Shown piece by piece: positions 1 through 10,080 of a stretch of DNA of 61,868 bases (position 1 is its first letter; each line of letters starts with the position of its first letter). The position numbers and the translations under genes were made by a program. The stretch covers positions 1-61,868 of the forward strand of contig DAOVTG010000001.1 of assembly GCA_030633185.1 (NCBI GenBank). The letters are read 5' to 3'. The notes beneath the pieces were generated by a model, which did not search any database, was not told the origin of the DNA, and saw only the letters and a list, made by a program, of their open reading frames with translations. The stretch comes from Deltaproteobacteria bacterium. Its GTDB lineage: Bacteria; Desulfobacterota; Anaeroferrophillalia; Anaeroferrophillales; Tharpellaceae.

Positions 1-828
1 ATCAATGAAAAAAAGGTCTACCAACTGATTCAGGAGGGCACCATCCCCTGCACGCGGGTGGTCGGTAAATGGCTCTTTCCCCTTGGTCAAATCAATAGAT
101 GGTTGGAAGAGCAAACAGAACTCTCTAAGAATATTCTAGTGGCAGGCAGCGATGATCCTCTCCTGATCACTCTTATCGAGGAATTTAACCGGCTTCATTT
201 TCCGCAACACTTGGCCTTTCATGCTTCGGTCGGCAGCCAACGGGGGCTGATCTCACTGGCCGCCGGCAAGGCCCAGATTGCCGGAATCCACCTTTTCCAT
301 CCTCCCACCGGTGAATATAATCTCCCCTATGTTAAAAAACATCTCGGCGGGAAAAAGTATGTGGCGGTCAATCTAGCCTATCGACGTCAGGGTTTTCTCA
401 TACTAAAAGGTAATCCTTGCGACATTCATGGGATAGCTGATCTCGAACAAAAAAAGATACGGCTGGTAAATCGTAATCAAGGTTCGGGAACCCGCTATCT
501 ACTCGACTACCTACTCGAAAAGAAGGGACTTTCTCCAGACCGGATAAACGGCTACCATATTGAACGAACAACCCACCTGGAAACCGGTTTGGCAATACTT
601 AGAGGGGATGCCGATGTCGGTCTGGGGATTGAGTACGTAGCCCATCTTTTGAAATTGGACTTCATCCCCTTGGTTGAGGAACGTTTTGATCTGGTAACCA
701 TGAGAGAAGGTTTTGCGGCTCACCCACTTAAGGACTTCTTTGCCTTCCTTGAACCCGAACGGCTCACCTTAAAAACCGAGACCTTCAAAGGTTACGATTT
801 CCGTCGTTGCGGAAGCATCGTTTCATGA
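1..828 (+). CDS. HTH (excisionase/MerR-type) DNA-binding domain fused to a periplasmic-binding-protein-like (molybdate/tungstate-binding-like) domain; 5' end cut by the window edge
   Basis: Frame 1 is open from nt 1 (INEKKVYQLIQEGTIPCTRVVGKW...), so the HTH continues upstream of the tracked M at 58. The rest looks like a PBP-type substrate-binding fold (NRNQGSGTR, GDADVGLG). The TGA at 826-828 overlaps the trkH ATG (ATGA). Confidence 0.6.
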   Translation: MNEKKVYQLIQEGTIPCTRVVGKWLFPLGQINRWLEEQTELSKNILVAGSDDPLLITLIEEFNRLHFPQHLAFHASVGSQRGLISLAAGKAQIAGIHLFHPPTGEYNLPYVKKHLGGKKYVAVNLAYRRQGFLILKGNPCDIHGIADLEQKKIRLVNRNQGSGTRYLLDYLLEKKGLSPDRINGYHIERTTHLETGLAILRGDADVGLGIEYVAHLLKLDFIPLVEERFDLVTMREGFAAHPLKDFFAFLEPERLTLKTETFKGYDFRRCGSIVS

Positions 829-2324
829 TAAAAAAGTTAGCCAACCGCCTGACGGTTTTAAATTATCTGGGTTCACTGCTGTTTATCTTCGGCTTTGCCA
901 TGATGGTTCCGGCTCTGGTTCATATTTTCTTTCCCGGACCGGCGATCTCGGCCCGTATCATTGCCGCCTTTGTTGTGCCCGGCATGCTGATCAGTGCCGG
1001 CGGCATGTTCCTGACCAAACGGCTGCCGGACAAGGTTCCCAGCATCCAGGACAGTATGATTATTACGGCTCTGGCCTGGATCGTGGTCTCTGTTGCTAGT
1101 ACCATTCCTCTATATCTGCTGCTGGATCACTCCTTTATTGACACCTTTTTTGAAGCCACCAGCGGCATTACAGCTTCCGGTTTGACGATCTTCACAGGCC
1201 TCGACGAGATGCCGCCGGCGATACTCTTCTGGCGCTCTTTTACTCAGTGGATCGGTGGCATCGGGATTTTGACTTTTTTTTTGGCCGTCAGTTTTCGCGG
1301 AGGCAGCGCGGCGGCCACCCTCTTTAGTGCCGAAGGCCATAAAATTCAGACCAGCCGGCCGGTACCCGGCATCTTTAATACAGTCAAAATCATCTGGATT
1401 ATTTATGGCAGTATGACTTTGGTTGCCTTCCTGCTCCTCTACATTGAAGGAATGACCCTTTTTGATGCCATAAATCACACTTTGACCCTGGTTTCGACCG
1501 GCGGCTTCTCGACCCATGACGCCTCAATCGCCTATTTCAGCAGTCTCCGCTACGGCGTTCTCATTGAGTACACAATGATCTTTTTCATGCTTATGGGGGG
1601 TACCAATTTTCTGCTGCATTACAAGATCAGCAGCGGCAATTGGCGGGCCCTGTACGAAGATTTTGAAATGCGGCTCTTCTGGTTTATAATTCTTGCTGCC
1701 ATTATTTTAATCGGGGCTGACATTTACATCTCCCATGGTCCTAAACTGATCACCTCATGGTCGACTTTTCATCTCCATTTCCGCACAACTCTTTTTCAGA
1801 CCATATCAGTCATCACCAGTACCGGTTATGCCACCCGCAATCTCAACGACCCTTACTACCCGGCCATGGCAAAACAGATATTTCTGCTCTTGATGTTTAT
1901 TGGCGGCTGTATCGGATCTACGTCAGGCGGCTTCAAGGTGTTGCGTATAGGCGTCCTCTGGCAGACTCTGGTTAGCGAGCTCAAACAACTTTCACTGCCG
2001 CCTAAAGCAATTATTCCCCTGGTTATTCAGAAAAAAATTATCTCACCAAGAGAGATTAAACGCATCTGCGCTTTGCTTTTTGCCTGGATCGGCCTGATCT
2101 GGATCGGCACTGCCCTGACCCTGGTCTGTACCGACCTTGGTGGTTGGCAGGCGCTCTCCGGAATGCTCTCGGCAGTCAGCAATATGGGACCATTCTTCTT
2201 TTCAACTGAAGAGCTGGCCGCCTTTCCGGCGTGCGTCAAACTCAGCTATATCTTCGGGATGCTGGCCGGGCGCCTGGAAGTACTGCCAATTTTTGTCCTT
2301 TTTGGCCGTCTGGGCGGAAGGTAA
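825..2324 (+). CDS. trkH: TrkH/KtrB-family K+ transporter membrane subunit
   Basis: Polytopic membrane protein with repeated selectivity-filter-like TSG/TGG segments (ATSGITASGL, LVSTGGFSTHD, ITSTGYATRN, GSTSGGFKV). The ATG at 825 (MIKKLANR) overlaps the upstream stop; the tracked TTG at 807 is less likely. Confidence 0.85.
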   Translation: MIKKLANRLTVLNYLGSLLFIFGFAMMVPALVHIFFPGPAISARIIAAFVVPGMLISAGGMFLTKRLPDKVPSIQDSMIITALAWIVVSVASTIPLYLLLDHSFIDTFFEATSGITASGLTIFTGLDEMPPAILFWRSFTQWIGGIGILTFFLAVSFRGGSAAATLFSAEGHKIQTSRPVPGIFNTVKIIWIIYGSMTLVAFLLLYIEGMTLFDAINHTLTLVSTGGFSTHDASIAYFSSLRYGVLIEYTMIFFMLMGGTNFLLHYKISSGNWRALYEDFEMRLFWFIILAAIILIGADIYISHGPKLITSWSTFHLHFRTTLFQTISVITSTGYATRNLNDPYYPAMAKQIFLLLMFIGGCIGSTSGGFKVLRIGVLWQTLVSELKQLSLPPKAIIPLVIQKKIISPREIKRICALLFAWIGLIWIGTALTLVCTDLGGWQALSGMLSAVSNMGPFFFSTEELAAFPACVKLSYIFGMLAGRLEVLPIFVLFGRLGGR

Positions 2325-2368
2325 GAATTCATTTAAAGGTGCCCTAAAGTAAACAAAGGAAACAGATT

Positions 2369-3037
2369 ATGTATGTAGTTATTGCCGGAGGCGGTGTCGG
2401 TGGAGCCCATGTCGGGCAAATGCTGGCCAACCGCAAGGACGATGTTGTAATCATTGAACAGGATCAGGCACGTTGCGAAAAGTTATACGCCGAGACCGGC
2501 ATCATCACGATTAACGGTGGCGCCACCGATATTCTGACCTTAAAAGAGGCCGGCATCGAAAAGGCTGATGTCGCCATCGGCACACTTTATAAGGATAGTG
2601 ACAACCTTGCCTTTTCCCTGCTGGCTCACAGTCTCGGGGTTCCCAAGATCATGGCCAAAATGCGTCATCCTGATTATGCCGAGGCCTACAGTTTTGCCGG
2701 AGTCACAACCATCTGCAATATGATTGAACTCTTCCAGAACAAGATACTGATGGAACTCGAAAACCCCAATATCCAGATCATCACTCAACTTAGAGGAGAC
2801 ACCTTGCTGATCATGGCAAAGTATCCCGGCAACGGCCCAACTGAAGGTATCAGCATTGTCGAACTCTCGCAGATCCATGTCTTCTCGCACAATTGCGTCT
2901 TTGCCGGTATTCTTAACGAAAAGGCCGGGAAGATAATTATGCCCCGAGGTCATGACAAAGTCTTTCCCGGCGACAAACTATTTCTAGTCGTCAACCGCCA
3001 GCAGATACCGGGGATATCTCACTACTTACGTGGATAG
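2369..3037 (+). CDS. trkA: TrkA/KtrA-type K+ transport regulatory subunit (TrkA-N Rossmann domain plus TrkA-C)
   Basis: N-terminal VVIAGGGVGGAHVG...VVIIEQD dinucleotide-binding motif, about 220 aa, immediately downstream of trkH. Confidence 0.85.
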   Translation: MYVVIAGGGVGGAHVGQMLANRKDDVVIIEQDQARCEKLYAETGIITINGGATDILTLKEAGIEKADVAIGTLYKDSDNLAFSLLAHSLGVPKIMAKMRHPDYAEAYSFAGVTTICNMIELFQNKILMELENPNIQIITQLRGDTLLIMAKYPGNGPTEGISIVELSQIHVFSHNCVFAGILNEKAGKIIMPRGHDKVFPGDKLFLVVNRQQIPGISHYLRG

Positions 3038-3281
3038 GGGAGTGGTCACTGAAAACCGACCACTGTTTTATCGGATTTACAATAATTTTTCATGTAAATC
3101 AGCTAAATTTGTTGTTTTCGCATCTTTTGGCTTGCAATTTACTTTTTTTTGGAGTATAGGCCGCGTGCTTCTCCGATCCGAGGATCGGTAAATGCCCGGA
3201 CGCTTATGATCTTTTTCGGCCGGCATCCCGTTGACCTTGCAATGAATAATCCATATAAATATAAATTATGGTTGATCAAGT

Positions 3282-3316
3282 CGCCTGCCGTCGCAAGATT
3301 GCAGGCGCTCTTTTTT
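3282..3316 (+). terminator. Rho-independent terminator-like hairpin not attached to any ORF (trkA-fusA spacer)
   Basis: CGCCTGC (3282-3288), 12-nt loop, GCAGGCG (3301-3307), then CTC plus T6 (3311-3316). Confidence 0.6.
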
Positions 3317-3401
3317 ATTGGAATCAAATTACAAATGTGATGATTATGGCCAAGGGCCGATCCACACGACTATCGACAAATAGTAAAAAGGTGAAAAGAA
3401 G

Positions 3402-5492
3402 ATGAGTATTGAATTAAACAAAATACGCAATATCGGAATCAGCGCCCATATCGACTCGGGCAAAACCACCCTGACCGAAAGAATCCTGTTCTACACCCAG
3501 AAGATTCATGCAATCCACGATGTCAAAGGCAAAGATGGCGTCGGTGCCACCATGGACTCCATGGAACTTGAAAAAGAACGGGGCATCACCATCGCCTCAG
3601 CCGCCACTTTCTGCGAATGGGACGAACATGAAATCAACATCATCGACACCCCGGGCCATGTTGACTTCACAATTGAAGTCGAACGTTCCTTAAGGGTTTT
3701 AGATGGTGCAATTTTAGTCTTGTGTTCGGTAGGCGGGGTTCAATCCCAATCAATTACTGTTGACCAGCAGATGAAACGCTACAAAGTCCCCTGTATCGCT
3801 TTTATCAATAAATGCGATCGCAGCGGGGCCAACCCGGAAAGAGTTACCGAACAACTTATAGAAAAGCTGGGCCACAATGCGATTGCCATGCAGATGCCGA
3901 TAGGCCTTGAAGCTGAACATGAAGGAGTCGTTGATCTGGCCTCGATGAAAGCCATCTACTTCGACGGTGACAACGGTGAAGACTTAAGGATCGAGGAGAT
4001 TCCGGCAGAGCTCAAAGATCGGGCTGAAGAGAAACGGGAAGAGCTTATCGAGCAAGCCTCCAACTTCTGCGATGACCTGGCCGAGGCCTTCCTTGAAGAA
4101 CAGGAAATCAGTGCTGAGATGATTTTGAGTGCCATGCGTAAAGGGGTTCTGTCTCGTAAAGTCACCCCGGTATATATGGGCTCAGCCTACAAAAACAAAG
4201 GAGTTCAACCCCTGCTCGACGCCGCGGTTCAACTGCTGCCAGATCCTTCCGACGTCAGCAATTCTGCCCTCGATCTTGACAATGAAGAGACCCCGATTGA
4301 GCTCGGCAGTTCCAGCGAAGATCCGACCGTTGCCTTAGCTTTTAAACTTGAAGATGGTCAGTATGGACAACTCACCTATATCCGGGTTTACCAGGGCACA
4401 ATTACTAAGGGTGACACCCTGATCAATACGAGGAGCGGGAAAAAGATAAAAATCGGCCGCCTGGTACGCATGCATGCCAATCAGATGGAGGATATCGGCA
4501 GCATTCAGGCTGGCTACATTGGCGCTCTTTTCGGTATTGATTGTGCTTCTGGAGACACCTTTGCCGACCCTAAGCTAAACTATTCGATGACCTCAATGTT
4601 TGTCCCCAACCCGGTTATCTCACTGGCCATTATTCCCAAAGACAACAAGGCTCAGATCAATATGTCCAAAGCCTTGAACCGTTTTTCGAAAGAAGACCCG
4701 ACCTTTCGCGCCTTTGTTGATGATGAAACCAACGAAACTATTATCGAAGGCATGGGTGAACTTCACTTAGAAGTCTATGTTGAACGGATGCGCCGTGAAT
4801 ACAATGCCGAAGTCACAACCGGCCAACCTCGGGTCGCCTACCGTGAAACCATTACCAAAAGGGCTGAATTCAACTACACCCATAAAAAGCAGACCGGTGG
4901 TTCCGGACAATACGGCCGCGTCACCGGTTATATGGAACCTTTGAGTGAAGGTGAATTTGAATTTATCAATAAAATTACCGGGGGCGCAATTCCGACCCAG
5001 TTTATCTCATCCTGTGAAAAAGGCTTCAAGTCAAGCCTTGAAAAAGGCGCCCTGATGGAGTTTCCAGTCACCGGCATCCGGGTTGAAATCAATGACGGCG
5101 CGGCCCATAACGTCGACTCCTCGGAGATGGCTTTCCAGGCGGCGGCCAAAGGTGCTTTTCGGGAGGCCTACAATAAGGCCAAACCGGTTATCCATGAACC
5201 GATCATGAAAGTAGTGGTTGAAACTCCGACCGAATTTCAGGGCTCGGTAATGGGAACCATCAACCAGCGTCGCGGCACTATCGTCGGAACCCAGGACGAA
5301 GGCCCAATATGCGTTATCGAGAGCCAGGTTCCACTGGCTGAGATGTTCGGATATTCAACCATTTTACGCTCCAGTACACAGGGCAAGGCCCAATTTACCA
5401 TGGAGTTCGCCAACTACCACAGGGTCCCGCAGAGCATCACTGAAGAACTCCAGAAGAAAAAAGCGGAAGAGGCTAAAAAAGGCGCCGCCTAA
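3402..5492 (+). CDS. fusA: Elongation factor G paralogue (stand-alone, not in an rpsL-rpsG-fusA-tuf context)
   Basis: [10 protein letters not shown]1 motif, DTPGHVDF G3, NKCD G4, full five-domain length (696 aa). RBS AAAAGGTGA upstream of the ATG. Confidence 0.9.
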   Translation: MSIELNKIRNIGISAHIDSGKTTLTERILFYTQKIHAIHDVKGKDGVGATMDSMELEKERGITIASAATFCEWDEHEINIIDTPGHVDFTIEVERSLRVLDGAILVLCSVGGVQSQSITVDQQMKRYKVPCIAFINKCDRSGANPERVTEQLIEKLGHNAIAMQMPIGLEAEHEGVVDLASMKAIYFDGDNGEDLRIEEIPAELKDRAEEKREELIEQASNFCDDLAEAFLEEQEISAEMILSAMRKGVLSRKVTPVYMGSAYKNKGVQPLLDAAVQLLPDPSDVSNSALDLDNEETPIELGSSSEDPTVALAFKLEDGQYGQLTYIRVYQGTITKGDTLINTRSGKKIKIGRLVRMHANQMEDIGSIQAGYIGALFGIDCASGDTFADPKLNYSMTSMFVPNPVISLAIIPKDNKAQINMSKALNRFSKEDPTFRAFVDDETNETIIEGMGELHLEVYVERMRREYNAEVTTGQPRVAYRETITKRAEFNYTHKKQTGGSGQYGRVTGYMEPLSEGEFEFINKITGGAIPTQFISSCEKGFKSSLEKGALMEFPVTGIRVEINDGAAHNVDSSEMAFQAAAKGAFREAYNKAKPVIHEPIMKVVVETPTEFQGSVMGTINQRRGTIVGTQDEGPICVIESQVPLAEMFGYSTILRSSTQGKAQFTMEFANYHRVPQSITEELQKKKAEEAKKGAA

Positions 5493-5548
5493 TGAAAACC
5501 CAAACTCGTAGCGCCCAGGTAATCTACCTTAGAGAGAGGAACTTTATA

Positions 5549-6244
5549 ATGTTAAAAAAAGATTTAATGATGCGTAACCCCTTGCGGGCCGTCAGTGACG
5601 AAAATGGATACATCTTGCCTGAAGGTGGTTTAGGAGCCGTTGTGGCCCGAGCCGGAGTCGGCAAAACCGCCCTTTTGGTACAACTTGCTTTAAACTCACT
5701 CCTCAAAGGTGACAACGCCCTCCACATCAGTCTCGGTGACCCGGTCAGAAAAGTCAGCCTCTGGTATAAAGAGGTTTTTAACAATATCGGCGTCCAATAT
5801 CAGATTGAAAAAATCGACGATCTTTGGAATGAACTTTTGCCCCAACGCTTCATTATGACCTTCAACATCGACGGCTTCAGCGTCCCCCGTCTTGATGAAC
5901 GCCTGACCGAACTTGCTGATCAAAATATTTTCCATCCTCAGATGATTTTAATTGACGGCCTGCCTTTCAATGAGCAAACGAAACGCACCGATCTACAAGC
6001 TTTGAAAGAGCTCTCCGAAAAATTTAAATCACACATTTGGTTTACCGTCCGCAGCCATCGCCACGAAGAACCTGACAGCGACGGCATGCCGATTCAGATA
6101 GCTGAGTTCGCCGATCTTCTCGATGTTGTAGTTAAACTCGAACCGCAAGAGAGCGATATCAGACTCAATGTCTTAAAAGGTAGCGGTGCCATCTCTTCAC
6201 AAAATCTCTCACTTGATCCGGCAACCATGCTGATCAAAGAATAA
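5549..6244 (+). CDS. RecA-superfamily (KaiC/DnaB/RadA-like) P-loop ATPase, function unknown
   Basis: Walker A ARAGVGKTALL and Walker B-like QMILIDGL. The ATG at 5549 (MLKKDL) is preferred because of GAGAGGA 9 nt upstream. The tracked ATG at 5492 would overlap the fusA stop (TAATG). Confidence 0.5.
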   Translation: MLKKDLMMRNPLRAVSDENGYILPEGGLGAVVARAGVGKTALLVQLALNSLLKGDNALHISLGDPVRKVSLWYKEVFNNIGVQYQIEKIDDLWNELLPQRFIMTFNIDGFSVPRLDERLTELADQNIFHPQMILIDGLPFNEQTKRTDLQALKELSEKFKSHIWFTVRSHRHEEPDSDGMPIQIAEFADLLDVVVKLEPQESDIRLNVLKGSGAISSQNLSLDPATMLIKE

Positions 6245-6288
6245 CGATTCCAGTAACGATTTACAATAATTTATTTAACAACGTAAAA

Positions 6289-6315
6289 AGACGGATTTAA
6301 CTCCGTCTTTTTTTT
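6289..6315 (+). terminator. Rho-independent terminator after the P-loop ATPase gene
   Basis: AGACGGA (6289-6295), loop TTTAAC, TCCGTCT (6302-6308), T7 run (6309-6315). Confidence 0.65.
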
Positions 6316-6435
6316 GTGCCGTGGGTCTTGTTCGACATAAGAAAAAATTTTTTTCTTGAATTCACTCCTTAAATATGACAGGTTCCATATAGCACTAAAC
6401 CTAAACCTTGCTTTTCACCACCTGGAGCTGTCATC

Positions 6436-6897
6436 ATGAGATGTGTTGCCGATATCATGACCCGTGATCTATTCCCCTTAAAAGCCAATCAAACCCTCAA
6501 TGTTGTGCGTTTACTGATGCGTACCGTGCAAGTCCGCCATGTCCCGATCTTAGATGATGAAGAACACTTTGTCGGACTCTTGAGCCATCGTGACCTCCTG
6601 GCCTACTCGATCTCAAAACTTGCCGACATCAACCCCATAGAACAACGTGAACTTGACCGCCACATCCCGATCAAGGATGTCATGCGCACCGAGATTGCCA
6701 CGACAACGCCGGCCACTGACCTTAAAGAGGCAATCTCCAGCATGCTGGAGAATAAATTCGGTTGTCTGCCGGTAATTGACAACCAAAAAAACTTAGTCGG
6801 CATCATCACCGATGAGGATATCATCAGACTGGCAATCAAGTTGCTGGAGAAAGAGGAGAAGGAAGAAGCTTCAAGTCTGACTCCGGTAGAAAACTAA
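6436..6897 (+). CDS. CBS-pair domain protein
   Basis: Two CBS repeats (IMTRDLFPL...VRHVPILDDEEHFVGLLSHRDLL and VMRTEIATTTP...CLPVIDNQKNLVGIITDEDII). Confidence 0.8.
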   Translation: MRCVADIMTRDLFPLKANQTLNVVRLLMRTVQVRHVPILDDEEHFVGLLSHRDLLAYSISKLADINPIEQRELDRHIPIKDVMRTEIATTTPATDLKEAISSMLENKFGCLPVIDNQKNLVGIITDEDIIRLAIKLLEKEEKEEASSLTPVEN

Positions 6898-6951
6898 GTA
6901 GAAAACTAATAAGAGTAGAAGGGATTGACAAATAACTTTTTCATTAATAAG

Positions 6952-6979
6952 TTGACTGAAACCCTAATCCACTGATAAT
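6952..6979 (+). promoter_or_regulatory. Candidate sigma70-type promoter for the BI-1 family gene
   Basis: TTGACT (6952-6957), 16-nt spacer, GATAAT (6974-6979), 32 nt upstream of the ATG at 7012. Confidence 0.35.
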
Positions 6980-7011
6980 TTTAGCAACCCAAAAGTTTGG
7001 AGAGAATACTT

Positions 7012-7698
7012 ATGCAAAGCGTAAGCCTGCAAAACAACCGCGAGACCACTGCCGTTAATGAATTTATCTATAGCGTTTACAACTGGATGTCTATCGGTCT
7101 GGCATTGACCGGTTTTACCGCCTATTTCGTGGCCAACAGCCAAACTATGTTGGGAATTATCTTCGGCAACAAGCTGGTCTTTTACGGACTCATCTTCGGT
7201 GAGCTGGGACTGGTCTTCACCCTCGCGGCAAGAATCGAAAAACTACAAAGGAGTACGGCTGTCGCCTTGTACATCCTCTATGCGATCCTTAACGGTGCCA
7301 CCCTGTCGGTAATTTTTCTGCTCTATGCCCGCTCAACCATCACCTCAACCTTCTTTATCTGCTCCGGCACCTTCATTGTCTGCAGTGCTTACGGCATGCT
7401 GACCAAGCGTGACCTGACCTCAATGGGCAGTTTCCTCTTCATGGGACTGGTGGGAATAATCATCGCCTCCATCGTCAACATGTTTGTCCAGAGTTCACAA
7501 ATGAGCATGATGATCAGCTATATCGGGGTTCTGGTTTTTGTCGGTTTAACGGTCTACGACACCCAGCGTCTGAAACAGCTGGCTCATACCCAAGGCGCGA
7601 ACGGAAAAGGTGCCATTATGGGTGCCCTGACCCTCTATCTAGACTTTATCAACCTTTTTTTGATGATGCTGCGCATCGTCGGCGGCGGCCGCGACTAA
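7012..7698 (+). CDS. Bax inhibitor-1/YccA family membrane protein
   Basis: Seven hydrophobic segments and the typical C-terminal [16 protein letters not shown] motif. The ATG at 7012 is preferred over the tracked TTG at 6997. Confidence 0.85.
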   Translation: MQSVSLQNNRETTAVNEFIYSVYNWMSIGLALTGFTAYFVANSQTMLGIIFGNKLVFYGLIFGELGLVFTLAARIEKLQRSTAVALYILYAILNGATLSVIFLLYARSTITSTFFICSGTFIVCSAYGMLTKRDLTSMGSFLFMGLVGIIIASIVNMFVQSSQMSMMISYIGVLVFVGLTVYDTQRLKQLAHTQGANGKGAIMGALTLYLDFINLFLMMLRIVGGGRD

Positions 7699-8387
7699 CA
7701 ACGAGCCGGATCTTCCAGAGCCGCCTCGCGAAAAGCATTTTCGCGCAGGCGGCAGCTGTCACAGAGACCGCAGGGCCGCCCGGCCGAATCGGGATCGTAA
7801 CAACTTATCGTCATTCCGTAATCAACCCCGAGCCCCACTCCCCACCTGATAATCTCACTTTTTTTAAGCTTCATCAAAGGGGCCTGCAGACGAAAGTGGT
7901 CGGGCTCTTGAACGCCCTGACGGGTTCCTAAGTTTATAGACCGCTGCATAGCCGCCAAATATTCCGGTCGGCAATCGGGATACCCACTGTAATCAAGTGC
8001 GTTAACGCCAATAAAAATATCGCGAGCCCCAACCACCTCAGCCCAGGAAGCCGCATAGGAGATAAATATAGTATTACGAGCTGGTACATAGGTAACCGGA
8101 ATAACCTCCTCGACATTCAGATTATCCCCTTCTTTAGGAACCTCTATAGCCCTGTCGGTCAGGGCCGAACCACCAATCAGACCCATATCAAGATTGAGTA
8201 CCAGATGTTCACTGGCACCAAAGTAAGTGGCCAGACGCCGGGCCTTATCAACCTCAACCTCCTGCCGCTGTCCATAGCGAAAACTCAGGCAATAGAGAGC
8301 AAAACCCTGTTCCCTGACAATCGCTGCAACCGTTGCCGAATCAAGTCCTCCACTCAAGAGAACAACCGCTTTTTTTTCATCCGACAT
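7695..8387 (-). CDS. queC: 7-cyano-7-deazaguanine synthase
   Basis: [14 protein letters not shown]-loop and the C-terminal zinc cluster [20 protein letters not shown]. The start at MSDEKK (8387) is preferred over the extended ORF start at 8438. Confidence 0.9.
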   Translation of the reverse strand: MSDEKKAVVLLSGGLDSATVAAIVREQGFALYCLSFRYGQRQEVEVDKARRLATYFGASEHLVLNLDMGLIGGSALTDRAIEVPKEGDNLNVEEVIPVTYVPARNTIFISYAASWAEVVGARDIFIGVNALDYSGYPDCRPEYLAAMQRSINLGTRQGVQEPDHFRLQAPLMKLKKSEIIRWGVGLGVDYGMTISCYDPDSAGRPCGLCDSCRLRENAFREAALEDPARC

Positions 8388-8421
8388 AATTTTATAACCG
8401 ATATCCATCCCTGTACGAGTT

Positions 8422-9891
8422 TTATAATCCGGTATCAAATTCGAGAAGCTCTCCTTTGGCGATGATCAGTTCATCCGACACTAAGAGTGGTTCATCCATT
8501 CCTTGCAGTATGACACTCAATTGATACGAACCGGGGTTAACAATGTAGGGCCGCCACAAAGCCCATCCGTTTCCTTCCTTTTGAACATTTAATATGGTCT
8601 TTTCACCATCAATTGTTTGTAGCTGCCAACCGATTACGGTTGAATCCTGTGCCTCTTTCACTTTGATGCCGGTATCAATAGTTACAACGTATTCACCAGC
8701 TTCCGGGACAGTGCAGGTTTCTGAGACGAACAATGGTGCTACAGGCGTATTATCCCGAGACATTTCAGGGTAAACTGTAAAAATATAACTGCCAGCAAGA
8801 AGAGGTTTCGGCATGTAAAAATAATAGGCATTTCCACTCTTGGCAATAAGGGCAAGGTTGAAATCGGGTTCATCGGTTTTTGTAATGGTTAGTCGGTGAG
8901 CGGGTATCCTTTCCAGGGGTTCGGATATGTTAATTATTAATAGCCCAGGTTTAACCTCGGTAATTTCGCCCCCATTTATTTCGTGAATTCCATAAGATAC
9001 TTCAGAGTCCGGCTGATAATTTGAATTACCAAAACCGGCGACCAATTCATAAGTACCAGCGGGGAAGGGGTAGGTGCTATCATTTTTAATGTTTTTTATC
9101 GTTCTTAAAACTTTATTGTCTTTTTTTCTGATGATTTTGAGTGCATTTAAACTTCGTAATCCCGGTTCCGGAATAACAACTCTAAGTTTACCGAGGCCGG
9201 TACTCTTTTTTTTAACTGTGCTCTTTGCTTTCTCAAATGCGACTTTTTTAACTACTTCTTTTTCAACTGTTTTAAAGGCAGCAAGCAGGGAAGAGTAGTC
9301 AGCAGCACCAAAATACGCGCCCCCTCCAGCCTCAGCCATACAAGAGAGTTGCTCTTTTTGCTTACTGTTAACTCCAAAACCGACAACATGAAGAACAAAT
9401 TTAATGCCGGAATCTTTTAAACTCTTCACTGCCGCACAAGGAGAGTCATGACAAGTCTCTTCACCATCACTGAGCAGAACGATGGTAGTTTCCGTCTCTT
9501 TGTTCTTTAGCTGATTGGCAACATTTTCTATTGCTGCAGCCATGGGAGTCATGCCCTTGGGGCTGAGAGCCATAACTTTTTGCAGTAACCCATTTCGGTC
9601 ATTAGATCCGGGTGGGATCAAGGTTTCTATATCGTTGCAGTCTCCTTTTCGATTATGGCCGTAAGCAGTGAGTCCGACCCGTACTTCTGCAGGAATAGAA
9701 GGAATGATCTCATTCATCACTTGCTTTGCCGCATCCATTCTGGTTTGGGTTTCGGTTCTACTCCACATGGAACCGGAGGCATCAATGATAAACATCATTT
9801 CAGGATATTGGGGTTTAGCCCGTGCTCCGGTTGATGCAAATAAACTTAAAAAGATGATTACAGTTGACAATAAAGATATAAATGATCGCAT
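8422..9891 (-). CDS. Secreted von Willebrand factor A (VWA) domain protein with a beta-rich C-terminal region
   Basis: Signal peptide ([25 protein letters not shown]), MIDAS DASGSMW, typical VWA core ([10 protein letters not shown]). GGGGGA RBS. Confidence 0.8.
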   Translation of the reverse strand: MRSFISLLSTVIIFLSLFASTGARAKPQYPEMMFIIDASGSMWSRTETQTRMDAAKQVMNEIIPSIPAEVRVGLTAYGHNRKGDCNDIETLIPPGSNDRNGLLQKVMALSPKGMTPMAAAIENVANQLKNKETETTIVLLSDGEETCHDSPCAAVKSLKDSGIKFVLHVVGFGVNSKQKEQLSCMAEAGGGAYFGAADYSSLLAAFKTVEKEVVKKVAFEKAKSTVKKKSTGLGKLRVVIPEPGLRSLNALKIIRKKDNKVLRTIKNIKNDSTYPFPAGTYELVAGFGNSNYQPDSEVSYGIHEINGGEITEVKPGLLIINISEPLERIPAHRLTITKTDEPDFNLALIAKSGNAYYFYMPKPLLAGSYIFTVYPEMSRDNTPVAPLFVSETCTVPEAGEYVVTIDTGIKVKEAQDSTVIGWQLQTIDGEKTILNVQKEGNGWALWRPYIVNPGSYQLSVILQGMDEPLLVSDELIIAKGELLEFDTGL

Positions 9892-9919
9892 GATTCCCCC
9901 TACTAAAATTGTTCAATTT

Positions 9920-10078
9920 ATCAATAGTGATGGCGTCGTAAAAAGTCCGATCTACTGCGCTGTTGTGTTTTTCAGGCACTCGACATACTACATGTATGGT
10001 CTCGCGCCTGAAAAACCACAACATCTTGTATATCGAAATTTTTACTTAGCCATCCCGTGACTTTTCACGAGGGCATCA
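9920..10078 (+). repeat. Intergenic repeat copy A: about 140 nt homologous to the aroG-3'end/pheA-upstream spacer, plus a 33-nt TTAGCCATC...GGGCATCA box
   Basis: By hand alignment it is roughly 85% identical to the reverse complement of 60279-60420. It contains the long hairpin TGTTGTGTTTTTCAGGC...GCCTGAAAAACCACAACA. Confidence 0.7.
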
Positions 10079-10080
10079 TT

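Noticed and set aside
1110-1517. 135-aa minus-strand ORF within trkH
   Set aside because: It is antisense to a clear TrkH membrane protein, with no motif and no start context. The same reasoning applies to the other nested antisense ORFs in the track (for example 2540-2953, 18496-18948, 23672-24079, 47367-47795, 52391-52744, 57124-57543).
3149-3340. 63-aa ORF in the trkA-fusA spacer
   Set aside because: It has no RBS, runs straight through the terminator hairpin and has no recognisable family. The region is better treated as non-coding structured RNA (see finding).
9668-10060. ORFs created by the intergenic repeat (9668-10060 plus, 9815-10024 minus, 60313-60609 plus) with similar peptides ML.FFR.ETI..VCRVPEK
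   Set aside because: The peptide similarity simply reflects the nucleotide repeat and its hairpin. The frames overlap the VWA gene start or the aroG 3' end and have no start context.
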